From the NCBI GenBank assembly GCA_963777505.1, contig CAVZQN010000007.1, positions 138,452-202,451 of the forward strand: 64,000 nucleotides of DNA. The letters run 5' to 3'. The translations under genes were made by a program, and so were the position numbers. Positions within the stretch are counted from its first letter, which is position 1; the number at the start of each line of letters is the position of its first letter. Below the pieces are notes generated by a model. The model saw only the letters and a program-made list of their open reading frames with translations. It did no database searches and had not been told where the DNA came from. Positions 32,263-43,224 of the stretch are shown one piece after another. This DNA comes from an uncultured bacterium (GTDB taxonomy: Bacteria; Acidobacteriota; HRBIN11; JAKEFK01).

Positions 32263-32772
32263 TTAAGCTGACTTCTTCAGTCCCACATTCGACGGAATAA
32301 GAACAGAATTATCCTTTTCATTCAACCATGCGATTCCGATCTTATTAAACCTGTATTCAATTGATTCTGAATCGATCACATTCGCCAGCCATTCCGCTGG
32401 CACTTTGGCCTCTGCAGCTATTTCACCAAGGAGTCGAACATTTCCTGCGTTTTTTTCATTAGCAAATTTTCTCAATGTAACGCAAACTGTTTTAAGCCGT
32501 GCAATGAATTCGGTTTCTTTCTTTAACGCACCATTGAGGTGGAGTCCTTTAAGCCAACCACTCGGGCTTAAAAAAAACATTTCCACTTCTTTTTCGCCGG
32601 TGTGGCGAAGAAACTGTTTTTGAAACAATGCATACCAGGTTGACGGTAGATAACCCGGATAATTTCCTTGATCGAGCTTTACAGCTTTGGCTCGCGCATC
32701 TTCATGAATGTCGGATGCAATTTTACGAAGGAGTTCTTTCTCCTTTTTAGCCTTATCAATTTTTGAAAGCAT
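32263..32772 (-). CDS. Hypothetical protein
   Basis: 169 aa ORF with AAGGAG upstream; no recognisable motif. Confidence 0.55.
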   Translation of the reverse strand: MLSKIDKAKKEKELLRKIASDIHEDARAKAVKLDQGNYPGYLPSTWYALFQKQFLRHTGEKEVEMFFLSPSGWLKGLHLNGALKKETEFIARLKTVCVTLRKFANEKNAGNVRLLGEIAAEAKVPAEWLANVIDSESIEYRFNKIGIAWLNEKDNSVLIPSNVGLKKSA

Positions 32773-33172
32773 ACTTCTCTATCTCCTTTGTTTCTTCGTA
32801 ATCCATCTATAGATCACGAACTCTATTTGAAAGTTGAAGACGTAGTACTTAGCAGGGTCCGGGAGGGATTGTGGAAAATCCGCTTGGAGCTTCTTCAGCG
32901 ATTCTTGAGTCTACGATTAATCCTTCAATGAATGCGGCTTAAAGACACTTAAGCTTTTACCAAGTATAAGTTAGTTCAAATAATAACCTAAAATCATAAG
33001 AACTAAAATAGAGCTAAAATATTAGAAGAGTTTCCTTAGATAACTTCTATAAAAACTACGCGATCAATGAATAGTCCCCAGCGTAATTGTCAGTTTGTTT
33101 TAAAATGTGAACAATAACGTTTGACGTTAATATTGGTGTAGTGCTCTTCGTAACCTTCGTGAATGGTTCGCC

Positions 33173-34418
33173 TCATTTCAGGCTTTTATTTGCTTTTTCC
33201 AGCACCGGGTGATATTCCTTTTTCAGCCAGCGATTCAATTTCAAGGCATACTCCAGTGAAGTCTTACTTTTGGCGATCAAATCTGGATCGTATGTCTTTA
33301 TTTGTTTGCTCTTCTGCCTTCAAAAGATAAAACGTTCCTTCCAGCGCGTAGGCTTCGGCCGATGTGGAATCAAGGTCGAGATTTTTTTGACGATTTGCAA
33401 TCCTGTGGAAATCGGTTCACTTGCAGATCGTTTTTGGGAGTGAAGCCATTCAGCTTCCCTTCGCAGCATATCTGCATATAGCTGATAGACGGTCGGTTCT
33501 TCTTTATTCAACTCGATGGCTTTTTGAAAATTTTTTCGGCCGGTTTGAAACAGGGTGCTCGGAGATTGCCCTAATTTTATGTTCCAGCGCGCGGCAAGAG
33601 TTTCATCACGTCCTAGAAATCCGAACGGCTCATAATTAGACGGATCTATTTCAATCGATTTCTGATAAGAATTGCGCGATTGTTCAAGTAAAGATGTCGG
33701 ATCATTTCCTTTTTGAAACTCGTAATTTGCCATCTGATAAAAAATACTGCCGAATCCAGTTGGAACGTACGAATTGTTCATTAGCTCTGCACATTTCTTC
33801 AAAGTATCAAGACATTGTGCATATGAGTTAGTGGGACTTCTTCAGAGTTACCCTTATCTTCAAGTTCACTCGCTCTTGATTGATAAAGATCTCCCTCCAG
33901 TTTTTTCGCATCGTAAGACCAACCGGCTTGCTTTGTAAGCTTCAATGGCATTTTTTAGCGCATCACTGTATCGCTTCTAAGCTAAAATCCAATGAGACCT
34001 TCCGCATACGCAGGCGAATCAATGCTCGTTTTCGACATCTTCAGATATGCAACCGCCGGATCACGAAGCTCTTCTCTAGATTTTTCACAAATTGCTCATC
34101 ACGAAGCCACTTGTTCTTTAATGGATGCTGCTTCGGCTAATTCACGTTGATAACGGATTCCATACAGCTTCCCAAGAGTGTAGATTGTTGACGGTTCACG
34201 ATAATTGGATTGCCACGCAATTTCCAGATTTTGAAATGCTTTATCGTAGTCACCGATAGCGAAATATCCCAACCCCAGCGCATTATGTCCCGGACCATAT
34301 GCCCAACTACCAGCTTCCGTCGTTCAGATTTTCAATTTTGGAAAGACACTTCTTGGCTACAGCTGATTCCAATCTAATGTGCGTGTTGGATTGGAGCTGA
34401 ATAAACGTTGCTAACGGT
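33173..34418 (-). pseudogene. Relic of a third kinase-TPR paralog (sensor portion only, internally deleted)
   Basis: AGSWAYGPGHNALGLGY...AWQSNYREPST.Y.LGKLYG matches 49380..52754 (GALAHGPGYDALGIGY...AWKSGYREPST); ORF 33320..33802 matches its C-terminal TPRs; kinase domain absent. Confidence 0.8.
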
Positions 34419-34444
34419 AGGGAGTAAAGGAGCGAGAGGAGACC

Positions 34445-34480
34445 ATAACGCTTGACGTTATTAACGGGGAGCGTTAATAT
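34445..34480 (+). promoter_or_regulatory. higBA sigma70 promoter with overlapping operator palindromes
   Basis: TTGACG-N17-TAATAT; ATAACG-N5-CGTTAT and TTAACG-N5-CGTTAA. Confidence 0.7.
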
Positions 34481-34489
34481 AGGTTTTGT

Positions 34490-34770
34490 GTGATCAAGAC
34501 CTTTAAGGGCGATGATACCGAAAAGATTTTTAATAGGATTCTTGTTCGCAGATTTTCACGTGAGGTGCAGCGGAGTGCCCGTCGAAAACTTTTACTTCTG
34601 GACGCTGCAGAAAAGTTATCCGATTTAAGCATACCTCCGGGAAACCGTTTAGAGGCATTGAAAGGAAATCGAAAAGGTCAATATAGCATCAGAATAAATG
34701 ATCAATGGCGGATTTGTTTTAGTTGATTGGATCTGATGCCGAAGAAGTTGAAATAACGGATTACCACTAG
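34490..34770 (+). CDS. higB: HigB/RelE-like toxin (one missing G near 34725)
   Basis: MIKTFKG...PPGNRLEALKGNRKGQYSIRINDQWRICF; shifted frame ends DAEEVEITDYH*. Confidence 0.88.
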
Positions 34771-34780
34771 GAGAAGCGTT

Positions 34781-35074
34781 ATGGCAAAAAAATGATCCCC
34801 ATTCATCCTGGGGAAATTTTGCAACTAGAATTCTTGCTACCAATGAAAATCACACAATACCGCCTTGCTACTGATATCGGCGTGCCTCCTAGACGCATCG
34901 ATGAGATCGTACACGCAAAACGATCCATTTCCGCAGACACAGCGCTTCGATTATCTAGATACTTTTGGTACATCAGAAAGATTTTGGTTGAATCTTCAAG
35001 CACGATACGATCTTGATAAAGAAAAAGATCGAATCGAAAAAGTGCTCGCACGCATACAACCAATTTCAGCCTGA
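34781..35074 (+). CDS. higA: HigA antitoxin (two homopolymer indels)
   Basis: PIHPGEILQLEFL...ITQYRLA...ISADTALRLSRYF + GTSERFWLNLQARYDL. Confidence 0.88.
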
Positions 35075-35119
35075 CATGCTTCCAAAGTAGCGATGAGAAT
35101 ACACAGCACACAATTAAAA

Positions 35120-35142
35120 GGGCCCGATTCAACATCGGGCCC
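35120..35142 (-). terminator. Hairpin terminator between convergent genes
   Basis: GGGCCCGAT-TCAAC-ATCGGGCCC followed by TTTT on the minus strand. Confidence 0.6.
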
Positions 35143-35166
35143 CTAATATCAGAAAGTAAATTTGTT

Positions 35167-38100
35167 TTAATCATCGGTTTGGATCGTACCTTGAGCTTCA
35201 GCATCCACAAGTGTTGCGTTCACTGCGTCGCTCAGTACCACTGAAAAGGTTTCGTCCTGTTCCGATTTGTTATCACCTTTGATGTTAACCGTTATTTCAC
35301 CTTCCGTAGCTCCAGCCGGGATAACGAGAGTGCCGCCATTATTCTTTTTATAATCCTGGCCTGGTTTTGCTGTGCCCTTTACTATCTCGAAGTTGACTGA
35401 CACAGTTGCTATCGTTGGTGTTGTAAGCGTGACAATAAAGGTTGCCGGAGTAGTTCCAGAATCACCTTCAGCAATTTCCACATCGCTGATTGAAATTTCT
35501 GGAAGGTTTGGCTGACAACTGAAGACGTTTACATTGTCCACGTACCAACCGGTGGCTCCAGTTCCACAATCCGTTCCGAAATCCCAACGCAAGCGGATCG
35601 AGTCTCCGGGTTGTGCAAAGTTTCCGAGATTTACGTGTGTACGTCCCCATGATCCTTGACTGGCTGAGCCGGGATCAGTGCCGCTCCAGGCTGGCAGTCC
35701 TGCTAATGGGTTAGTACTTCCAAGCAAGAACACAATGTAGTTGTTGAAAGTAAATTCTGATGGCGGAATTTGCTGGAATGGTCCGCCATTTACACTAATC
35801 AACAAGATTCCTCCATCGACTGCTGGTTCAGTGGCAATCCAATGGTCGAATGTTGCCATAGCAAAGTCGGATGTCGCAGGAAGAATGATCTCAGGACTTG
35901 TTAAATTCAAAACTCCAGTTTCATCATCATCTGGCACGCAGTTACCGCTATTCGGATCAGGTGAGAAGAAGGCGGATCCGGCACGTCCATCTGGAAGTGA
36001 ACTGACCCATGTCCAATCGCGAGGTGTGAAGCTAGGTGAAGTTGCAGTGCGGCCGATGATCCATGATGAGCCAGGATCAGTTTTCAAAGTCGAACAACTG
36101 GATGTCTTCTACAACTCCGCTTGTAACTTCGGCATCGCAAAGATCTGGTAGTCCAGGATTCAGGAGTGGACCAAAATTACAGAATGCTGGTAGTGTCCGC
36201 AGTTCAACAGCTTCGATTGCATTGGTTACTTCAGCACAGTCGGCCGGAGTGATGACTTCGCCAGAATCTCCGCCGGTCAGAGCATTAAGTGGCTGCCCTG
36301 TGAGATCTGCGCATGATGCTTCCAACGCATCCGCATGATCAATGAAATCACTGTCATCTACGTGATAAACCGTAGCAGCGCGGAAGTGGATATGAACTGC
36401 CTTCGTAAGACCGATTGGTGTAACAGTTTCTCCATTAAACGTTCCACCATCGATAAGCAAGCGAAAGCGTGGTTTGGTATTCCGGAATTTATGTGTACAC
36501 CACCGTTATCCGTTGCGTTACAGATGTAGTACGCTGTGTCGGTGACTTTTCCAGGATTGGAATAGCATGTTGGATTCCACATATCGCGTAGTGCGCCACC
36601 CGAAGTAATTTCTTCACCCATCAACCAGCGATACGATTGATCGGCGCCTTCTTCCGCAAGTAGAGTTACATTCACAACATCTGTTTGGAGAGCTGTTCGT
36701 ATGGCATTTCCATCAGCTTGTTGAATTCCAAGTGATGGAATTGTCACTTTCTCTGCTCCGGCTGCAGTACCCATTGGCGGAAGTCCATTGGCCGCATTGT
36801 TTGCGATGATCACTCCAACAGCGCCAGCAGCCTGTGCATTGAGTACTTTCTGAACAAACGTACAGGTACCACGGTTCACAATCGCAATCTTTCCGCTAAC
36901 GGCTGCAGCGTTTGTTAGTGCTGAGCAACCGTCCAATGTGCTTGGTCCCGCTGCATCAGCAGGATCAAGCGCGGCTACTACGTCATTCGTAATACCCGTC
37001 GATGTTAATGGCGGACCAAAAGAAGCAGATTGAGCGAATTTATCTCCAGCGATCCCTGCAGGCGAATTCACTTTTACCTGACCTACCGGAGGAGAGAGAA
37101 CTGGAACATGCTGCTGTAGTGCGCGGTCCACCAGGAGCATGCATACGCCACGGTTATTAATAAAATCAATCGTCTCACCCCAAATGTCAGAGTAAGACTC
37201 ATTCAAAGCACCGGATTGCCATTGATAGATCAGATTGTTTGCATACTGAGTGTAAGCGTGCCCCCATTCGTGAGCGGTTACATCATCCGTTGTATAACCA
37301 GGGCAGAATGAAATGAACGAACCATTCCATGATGCATTCGGACAGCCATATCCACGGTTGAAGATTGCATCCATGATTCCATCTTCACCATCGTATGAAA
37401 GATATCCAAACGCATTTTTGAACATGTTATATGTTTCTTCGGAAGCGATAATCATGTTGTTTGCTTCCTCTTGCCTGGTTGGAAATCGATCCCCTTCTAC
37501 CCAATACGGACGGTTCGGATAACTATTGGGAACAACTGGTAAACCTTTGCCGTTGTAGGCGCGTCGAAACAGGTCATCGTGTACACCAGTAATTCTGTCG
37601 ATAACTTTTCCTGTATGCGCGTTCACATAAACGAAGTCGCGGATCCCCGCGCCATCCGTAACTTCGATCTCCCATGCTAAATGGTTGGCACCTGGAACGC
37701 CTTTCACCAGGCCTTCCCGAAAAACGTAGAGAGTTTTCTTTCCAATTCTGAGATTATTTGAATTCCCGCGATCAGAGATTACGAAATTCCGAGCAACCTC
37801 TGCGGCACGTCCGCTCTCCCATGTCGGTGTTGGTTTCACAGATATACCAGGGATTGCAGTTCCAACTACTGCCTTCAGTTGATTCGAAGCGTCAAAATGG
37901 GTTTTGATGGTACCGGCAAATACGGGGACGCCTCCATGAAATTGTTTCCATGTTAAATGCGTTTCGCCGAGTTGGTCGATGACTTCGGAATGAAATCGAA
38001 GCTCATTTGCATCACTCACTCCAAGCGCAGCACCAAAGTTACGGAAAAACAATAAGGATTGCTCCTGCTTGTCTTGTTTCGTTGGGGCCTGTGTGATGAC

Positions 38101-38311
38101 CAGCCTGGCACTTGCTTCGGGTTGCAGCCGGATAAATCGAGCAGCACCCGTTGACTTTGTGCTTCGAAACCACCAACATCCCACCAGCCGAATCCTGAAG
38201 CCGCTTCAATGCAGCATCGCGAGCATCGTTGCTATCAGTCTGCGCCGACAAAGTTGGCGTGATTAAGCACGCGCATACAATTACGGCGAACATCGCCTTC
38301 CTGAGTTTCAT
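35167..38311 (-). CDS. Second secreted M4 metallopeptidase with PA and C-terminal Calx-beta domains; split by several indels
   Basis: MKLRKAMFAVIV signal peptide; AHEWGHAYT, SGALNESYSD, PA GKIAIVNRGTC, GGVHINSGIPNHA; EGDSGTTPATF...EQDETFSVVLSDAVNA; paralog of 19071..21894. Confidence 0.88.
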
Positions 38312-38657
38312 TTACAACCTCCTGTTCAGGGTTTGAGAGATACTTCAGCCATCAGTAGTTTTACGCAAAAACTACTTGACTGATTTTTAGAAAAGAGAGA
38401 CTGCGAGCATCGGATATATGGGTGGATTTTTTAAAACCTGGGGGTGGTCAAATTATAGCATCAAAAAACTGAAAGATTGCAAGGCCGAACGAAACTCAGC
38501 GCAACTAGATTTTATTAAGACTGTCCCGCGCTAAGAAATGACAATGTTAAATCTTGTGAATTGAACCGAGGCAACTTAAATCGCAGTATGAGCAACTTCC
38601 GTTCTTTTTTCGCATTCTGGTGATGCATGACATCGACGTGAACAAAATTGTTTCCTT

Positions 38658-38673
38658 TGGCAATGAACTTGCT
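38658..38673 (+). promoter_or_regulatory. sigma54 -24/-12 promoter
   Basis: TGGCAATGAACTTGCT (GG-N10-GC), 47 bp upstream of ATG 38721. Confidence 0.8.
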
Positions 38674-38720
38674 CTCTTGAGTTGGGAGAACGTAGCACAT
38701 GTCTACGCACAGGAGGAAAA

Positions 38721-39239
38721 ATGCAGATCAAAAAATCAAACGGAATTAGTGTTTCTCAAACTATTGAGACTCACAATTCCACGATTGAAAAAAAACCGGG
38801 CGTAAGTGTAGGTATAAGTTCGATTCCAGATTCTTTTGAATCGGCTTCCAGTAAGTCCTCTAACGGAAAAACAAATTCAACATCGTCTGCACATCAGCGA
38901 TTTGAAGTTTCACAGCAACCAAACCTGAAGGACACCCTTTTTAATGCGTTTCGTCAGTCGATTAGCGAAACGAATGAAGACAAAAAGGATTATCTGGAAA
39001 AATTGCAAGAACAGAATCAAACGGCGAACGAACTTAGCGAATATTTGGAAGAACTCACCAATCAATCACAGGATTTGCAGAATAAGGAAAATTCAAAAGG
39101 CTCAGAGCATTCAGAGCCAAAACCTATAGCCGCTACAAATCAAAATGCGGACCTCTTAGAAGCAGTTGCAAGAAGAAATAGTGAATCTAATGACCTTGGC
39201 AGCATTAGAAAGACTTCCAAAAAGGAAGAACGACATTAG
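38721..39239 (+). CDS. Putative T3SS-like export substrate with coiled coil
   Basis: AGGAGG RBS, MQIKKSNGIS start, motif A GISSIPDSFE, FRQSISETNEDKKDYLEKLQEQN coiled coil. Confidence 0.7.
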   Translation: MQIKKSNGISVSQTIETHNSTIEKKPGVSVGISSIPDSFESASSKSSNGKTNSTSSAHQRFEVSQQPNLKDTLFNAFRQSISETNEDKKDYLEKLQEQNQTANELSEYLEELTNQSQDLQNKENSKGSEHSEPKPIAATNQNADLLEAVARRNSESNDLGSIRKTSKKEERH

Positions 39240-39281
39240 ACAAATATTTTTCTTTGGGCATATTCGCTTCCGTATATCCAA

Positions 39282-39327
39282 AATGTAAACACAACGCGCG
39301 CGAGAGGTCGCAACATTGAAACGGTTG
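39282..39327 (-). repeat. 46-bp relic of the TM0106-like helicase 3' region
   Basis: Encodes NRFNVATSRARCVYI, matching 61231-61276 and the equivalent stretch of the 58669..58928 copy. Confidence 0.75.
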
Positions 39328-39596
39328 TAGTTTAGAAGTGACAGTTGTTTTGCGCGCAATTTTGTTGAACTTTTGTCATCAAATACTGTGCGGCCATTAT
39401 TAATGTAAGTCCCTAACCTGCTCTTTATCAAAACTTCTGCTGGATGAAAAAGATGAGGAGCGAAGTGCAGAAATGAAACTCGCAAATGTAGCAGCTAAGA
39501 GAACAATTAATGCACAGCAAAATAGGTTAATGGATCCATTGGACTGACCGCTAATAATTGCACCGTCATTAGAGCCGATGGAAATTTAGCGTTGCA

Positions 39597-39624
39597 GCAA
39601 GGGCGATCACAACGTCGCCCTTGC
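39597..39624. terminator. GC-rich hairpin downstream of 39682..41556
   Basis: GCAAGGGCGA-TCACAACG-TCGCCCTTGC; weak U tract. Confidence 0.5.
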
Positions 39625-39681
39625 CAGTCTCCGGAACTTCAAGGGGCTTAACGGAAAAACGCTAAGCCACGAATAACCTTA

Positions 39682-41556
39682 TTAAACGCCACCAGGAATT
39701 TTGGGGTGCAAATCTACATGAGTGTAAGAACTTTGAAGCGCAGATAAAAGATCGTGACCGTCGCTACCTGGCGCTGCTTCCCGCAGTTCCTGAAAGAGTT
39801 CCTCCATGACTTTATCCGCGCGCAAACCCGGATATTCTTTCAACAAATATTTCACGGCTTCATCTTTGGTCATATCTTTCAACGCATCCTTCGCTTTTCC
39901 ATGAACACCTGCAACGATTTTGGAAATCGTTTCCGCGCCTTCGATTCCAAGCATCTTTTTAGGAATGCCCCCTCCCGGCAGTAAGCTGAATCCAAGATCC
40001 ATCATCCACTTTAATCCGGCTTCATTCGCAGCCTTGCGATCTTTCGCACTCTTAACCGCAGTCTGCATTCCATTGTTAACAAAGCCCATGGTTTCGCCCA
40101 TGATGTGCGTGAGTTGAGTCCGTTCCATTCCGTATTTCGCAGAGAAAGCTTGTTTTGACATTTTTGAATCGTTGATGTCGGCCATCCAACCGTTCATTTT
40201 TCCTGCAAGAAATTTACTCGTCTCATCACGATACTGGCCTGTAGGTTCAGAAAACAGAGCATGCTGGAAAAACCCTTCCAGTTTCGGCTGAATTGCCGAC
40301 CTGTGTGGGTTGTTGCTTTCGTCATCAAATACCGCCTTATTTTGTGCAAGTCCAGATTTCCAAATCTTATCGAAATCATCCTGGAAAATTCCGGATAAGG
40401 CATCTTTCATGTCCGTGCTTTTAGACCAGATTGGGATCCGTTTAGCGTCAGAGTACACGTCTGCTGCTGATTGGAACATGTTTAACCGAAGGTCTTCCAA
40501 CTCTTTAACATTAATCGGGAGTGACCGATCACGCGAACCTCCGTGACTTGCTATGTAGGTAGTATTGACAAGATTAGCGACACCTGTGGGCTGTTGAGTG
40601 GCCTCGGCCTTTCTTCCTTCATACGTGGAAGAGGCTTCATAAACGGACTGAGGTTGATAAGAAGTCGCATCTTTAACAAATGAGTCAAGCTTGTTTTCCT
40701 TACTCAGCTTGCTCATGAATTTCAGTTGATCTTCGATGGTAGTTTTCCCCATCAATTCCGCAGCTGATGTAGCATAAGCCGCTTTCGCTGTAGCATTCCA
40801 CTGATAGGCTTGATAAAGCTGCATATTGTTTTCAGCAAACGACTTCTTCAAGTTTTCTGCTTGAGGAAGATTCGAAATGGACGTAGAAAGTTTTGCTAGA
40901 GTATCCACTCCCTGAGCGTTTGCAGCATGCACTATGCCCTGGACGTCCGATGATGTGAGATCGCCAGATTTATGCAGCGTATGAATAGCATCTCGCACAC
41001 CTCCTGTATATTTATCAACATCCGCTTTTGAGTTATTGGGACGGCTGATGTACAGGAAATTGTGAGATCGTGCGATTAGTTCTTTGCTCTTGTCGCCGCC
41101 AATTGCTCCGAAAAATTCCTTCAGATATTTCGGATCATCTTTGTGTTTGGAAACTAATTCATGAAACTGCAGCGACGCATGAGCCGGGTCGGTATTTTCA
41201 TATTTCATTACATGAGCTGCAGCTTCGATTGGTTTATCAAAGTTTCTAACAACGACATTTTTCAGATCCATTCCGGGTCCGTCAAAGACCGCGGCTTGTG
41301 GTTTCGCTCCGGCCGGTAGGGCGTTATTCAAGTTTTGCTGAACCAGTTGTCCTGATATCTGAAGCTGACTTTTTGTTTCGGTTCCTTGCTGTTTCAAGGC
41401 TGTTGAAGTTTTTGCGGTTACTGCAGGGTCGTCCGCAGGTTTCGACGGCGGTGGTGGGGTTGTGATTGGTTGTTTATCCTGGGTTGCCCCGACATTGCCA
41501 GAATCCGTTCGGGTTATAGGTTTTGTTGTTGGATCGCCTATTGGTCCGCCACCCAT
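39682..41556 (-). CDS. Large helical putative effector with C-terminal hydrophobic segment
   Basis: AGGAGG RBS; MGGGPIGDP P/T-rich N-terminus; motif B KSQLQISGQLVQQNL; LKWMMDLGFSLLPGGGIPKKMLG. Confidence 0.7.
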   Translation of the reverse strand: MGGGPIGDPTTKPITRTDSGNVGATQDKQPITTPPPPSKPADDPAVTAKTSTALKQQGTETKSQLQISGQLVQQNLNNALPAGAKPQAAVFDGPGMDLKNVVVRNFDKPIEAAAHVMKYENTDPAHASLQFHELVSKHKDDPKYLKEFFGAIGGDKSKELIARSHNFLYISRPNNSKADVDKYTGGVRDAIHTLHKSGDLTSSDVQGIVHAANAQGVDTLAKLSTSISNLPQAENLKKSFAENNMQLYQAYQWNATAKAAYATSAAELMGKTTIEDQLKFMSKLSKENKLDSFVKDATSYQPQSVYEASSTYEGRKAEATQQPTGVANLVNTTYIASHGGSRDRSLPINVKELEDLRLNMFQSAADVYSDAKRIPIWSKSTDMKDALSGIFQDDFDKIWKSGLAQNKAVFDDESNNPHRSAIQPKLEGFFQHALFSEPTGQYRDETSKFLAGKMNGWMADINDSKMSKQAFSAKYGMERTQLTHIMGETMGFVNNGMQTAVKSAKDRKAANEAGLKWMMDLGFSLLPGGGIPKKMLGIEGAETISKIVAGVHGKAKDALKDMTKDEAVKYLLKEYPGLRADKVMEELFQELREAAPGSDGHDLLSALQSSYTHVDLHPKIPGGV

Positions 41557-41590
41557 TTTTTTGTCCTCCTGTTACATATTTGTTTACTCT

Positions 41591-41623
41591 TTAAGGAAGA
41601 CGATCCAACTCACCTAGTGAACG
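41591..41623 (-). promoter_or_regulatory. Unassigned bipartite box CGTYCACT-N12/13-CGTCTTNNTTAA
   Basis: CGTTCACT-N13-CGTCTTCCTTAA, 34 bp upstream of ATG 41556. Confidence 0.6.
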
Positions 41624-41723
41624 GAGAACAAAGACACAAAGAACAAATATTACTTAGATCTTATAAATCCTTTGTGACCTTTATTCTTTGTGGTGATTTC
41701 AATTCTTTCGCACGCAACATCTC

Positions 41724-42984
41724 CTACTTCTCATCATCAACGATCACTTTTGAATCATCGCTGTTATAGACAACATCGTTGCCATCTGTTTCCACTGTGA
41801 TTGGAGCCACGCTATTTTCCTCACTGCGCACCCAGTAATCCTGTCCGGTATAAGAATCTCTCATCCAATAACCGCCAGTGTCCGATCCATCATGATTTTC
41901 TTTAACGTAAACATGATCGTAGCCTTCTCCTGGATTGATTGTTGTTCCTTCTCCGGATGTCTGATTGATCCGATCGTTTCCGCCGCCTGTTGCGATTTTG
42001 CTGTAATCTCCGCTATTTTCAACCCAATCATTTCCATCGCCGGTCTGAATAGTGGAACCACGGCCTTTATTGTCAACGTAATCATCGCCGTCACCGGTAG
42101 AAATGGCTGCTCCGATTGGTCCCTCGACTAACACTGAATCATTTCCTGCTCCCGTATCAACGCGGTTGGCGTAACCGGAGTAAGTGTCAATTCCTCCATT
42201 CGTAAAGCGCTCACTGCTCAGGCGAACCCAATCAGCTCCGTCTCCGGTTTGTATTTCGTTATTGTCTCCGGTTATTTCTACAATATCGTTTCCATCGCCT
42301 GTGTTAATTTGATTATTGTCTCCATTCGAGTTGACCGTGTCGTTTCCCGCACCTGTATCGATCGAAGTAAGCGAGCTCTGATTATTTACTACATCATTTC
42401 CATCACCGGTCTGAAGCTTAGTACCGACCAAATAATTCATGTTATGGATGTTCACAGTATCGTTTCCTGCGCCAGTATTGATTGTCAGTGACTGATATTG
42501 TCTGACTGTCCCGGACCATGCTTCCTTTCCATTTACATTCACATGAACTCTTCCATCGGAACTCTGTTGGATATCAACGAGATCATCACCATCACCTGTG
42601 AACAGGGTCCTGGGCAACAGAGCTCCATTCCATGGATCTCTACCAGTAAGTGGTTTTCGCTGATCGTATTCAGGTTTGTTATTGATTTGCTGATCTGCCT
42701 GACTCTCCGTTAAGGGCGCTTTCAGATCAACTTGTGCGATGTTTTGAAGCGATTCAGGATTCGATTTCATAGATTCGTTGTTAGCTAGCTGTTGAGTCAA
42801 CTGTGAGCGCATAGCCATTGTTGAAAACATAGCTTCACTTCGAATCGATGAATTTGCGGCCGAAACTGGTTTTGTCTGCGGTGGCGCAATCTGCTCCTGC
42901 ACATTTTGCTGCTGAGTTTCCTCAGTCTCCGTTTATTTCCGGCGTTGTAATCCGTGGTGCTGAATTGATTCCGACCTTAAACAT
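41724..42984 (-). CDS. Putative effector with RTX-like Ca-binding repeats (extra A near 42933 separates true start)
   Basis: GGAGG RBS + MFKVGINSAPRITTPEI joins TETEETQQQNVQEQ; motif B RSEAMFSTMAMRSQL; about 10 TG[DA]G[ND]D repeats. Confidence 0.7.
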
Positions 42985-43012
42985 TTTTCCCTCCTGATGC
43001 TTTCAGCACTAA

Positions 43013-43028
43013 AGCAACGCTTATGCCA
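43013..43028 (-). promoter_or_regulatory. sigma54 -24/-12 promoter
   Basis: TGGCATAAGCGTTGCT (GG-N10-GC), 28 bp upstream of ATG 42984. Confidence 0.8.
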
Positions 43029-43183
43029 AGGGCATTGTGCGGGGATCTCGAGGATACGATCAGATCAGAATGCGTTTTGTTTTTTGCGAATCGGCAAAAA
43101 TTTGCCGTTTGGCAAATTCTTGCTTTTACACCCGCTTTTTGAGGGCCAGTTTTTACTGCGAGCTCTAATTCAGTAGCAGGAAC

Positions 43184-43216
43184 GAGCGCGGGCTTAGGTT
43201 TTGTAAGCCCGCGCTC
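43184..43216. repeat. GC-rich inverted repeat (terminator or REP-like)
   Basis: GAGCGCGGGCTTA-GGTTTTG-TAAGCCCGCGCTC just after stop of 43225..44685. Confidence 0.5.
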
Positions 43217-43224
43217 TAAAAAGA

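Noticed and set aside
32830-32862. GGACCCT-N11-CGTCTT upstream of 32772
   Set aside because: Only the CGTCTT half matches; no CACT or TTAA
34490-35074. higBA as a dead TA module or programmed frameshift
   Set aside because: Breaks are single-base homopolymer-type indels matching the window-wide error pattern
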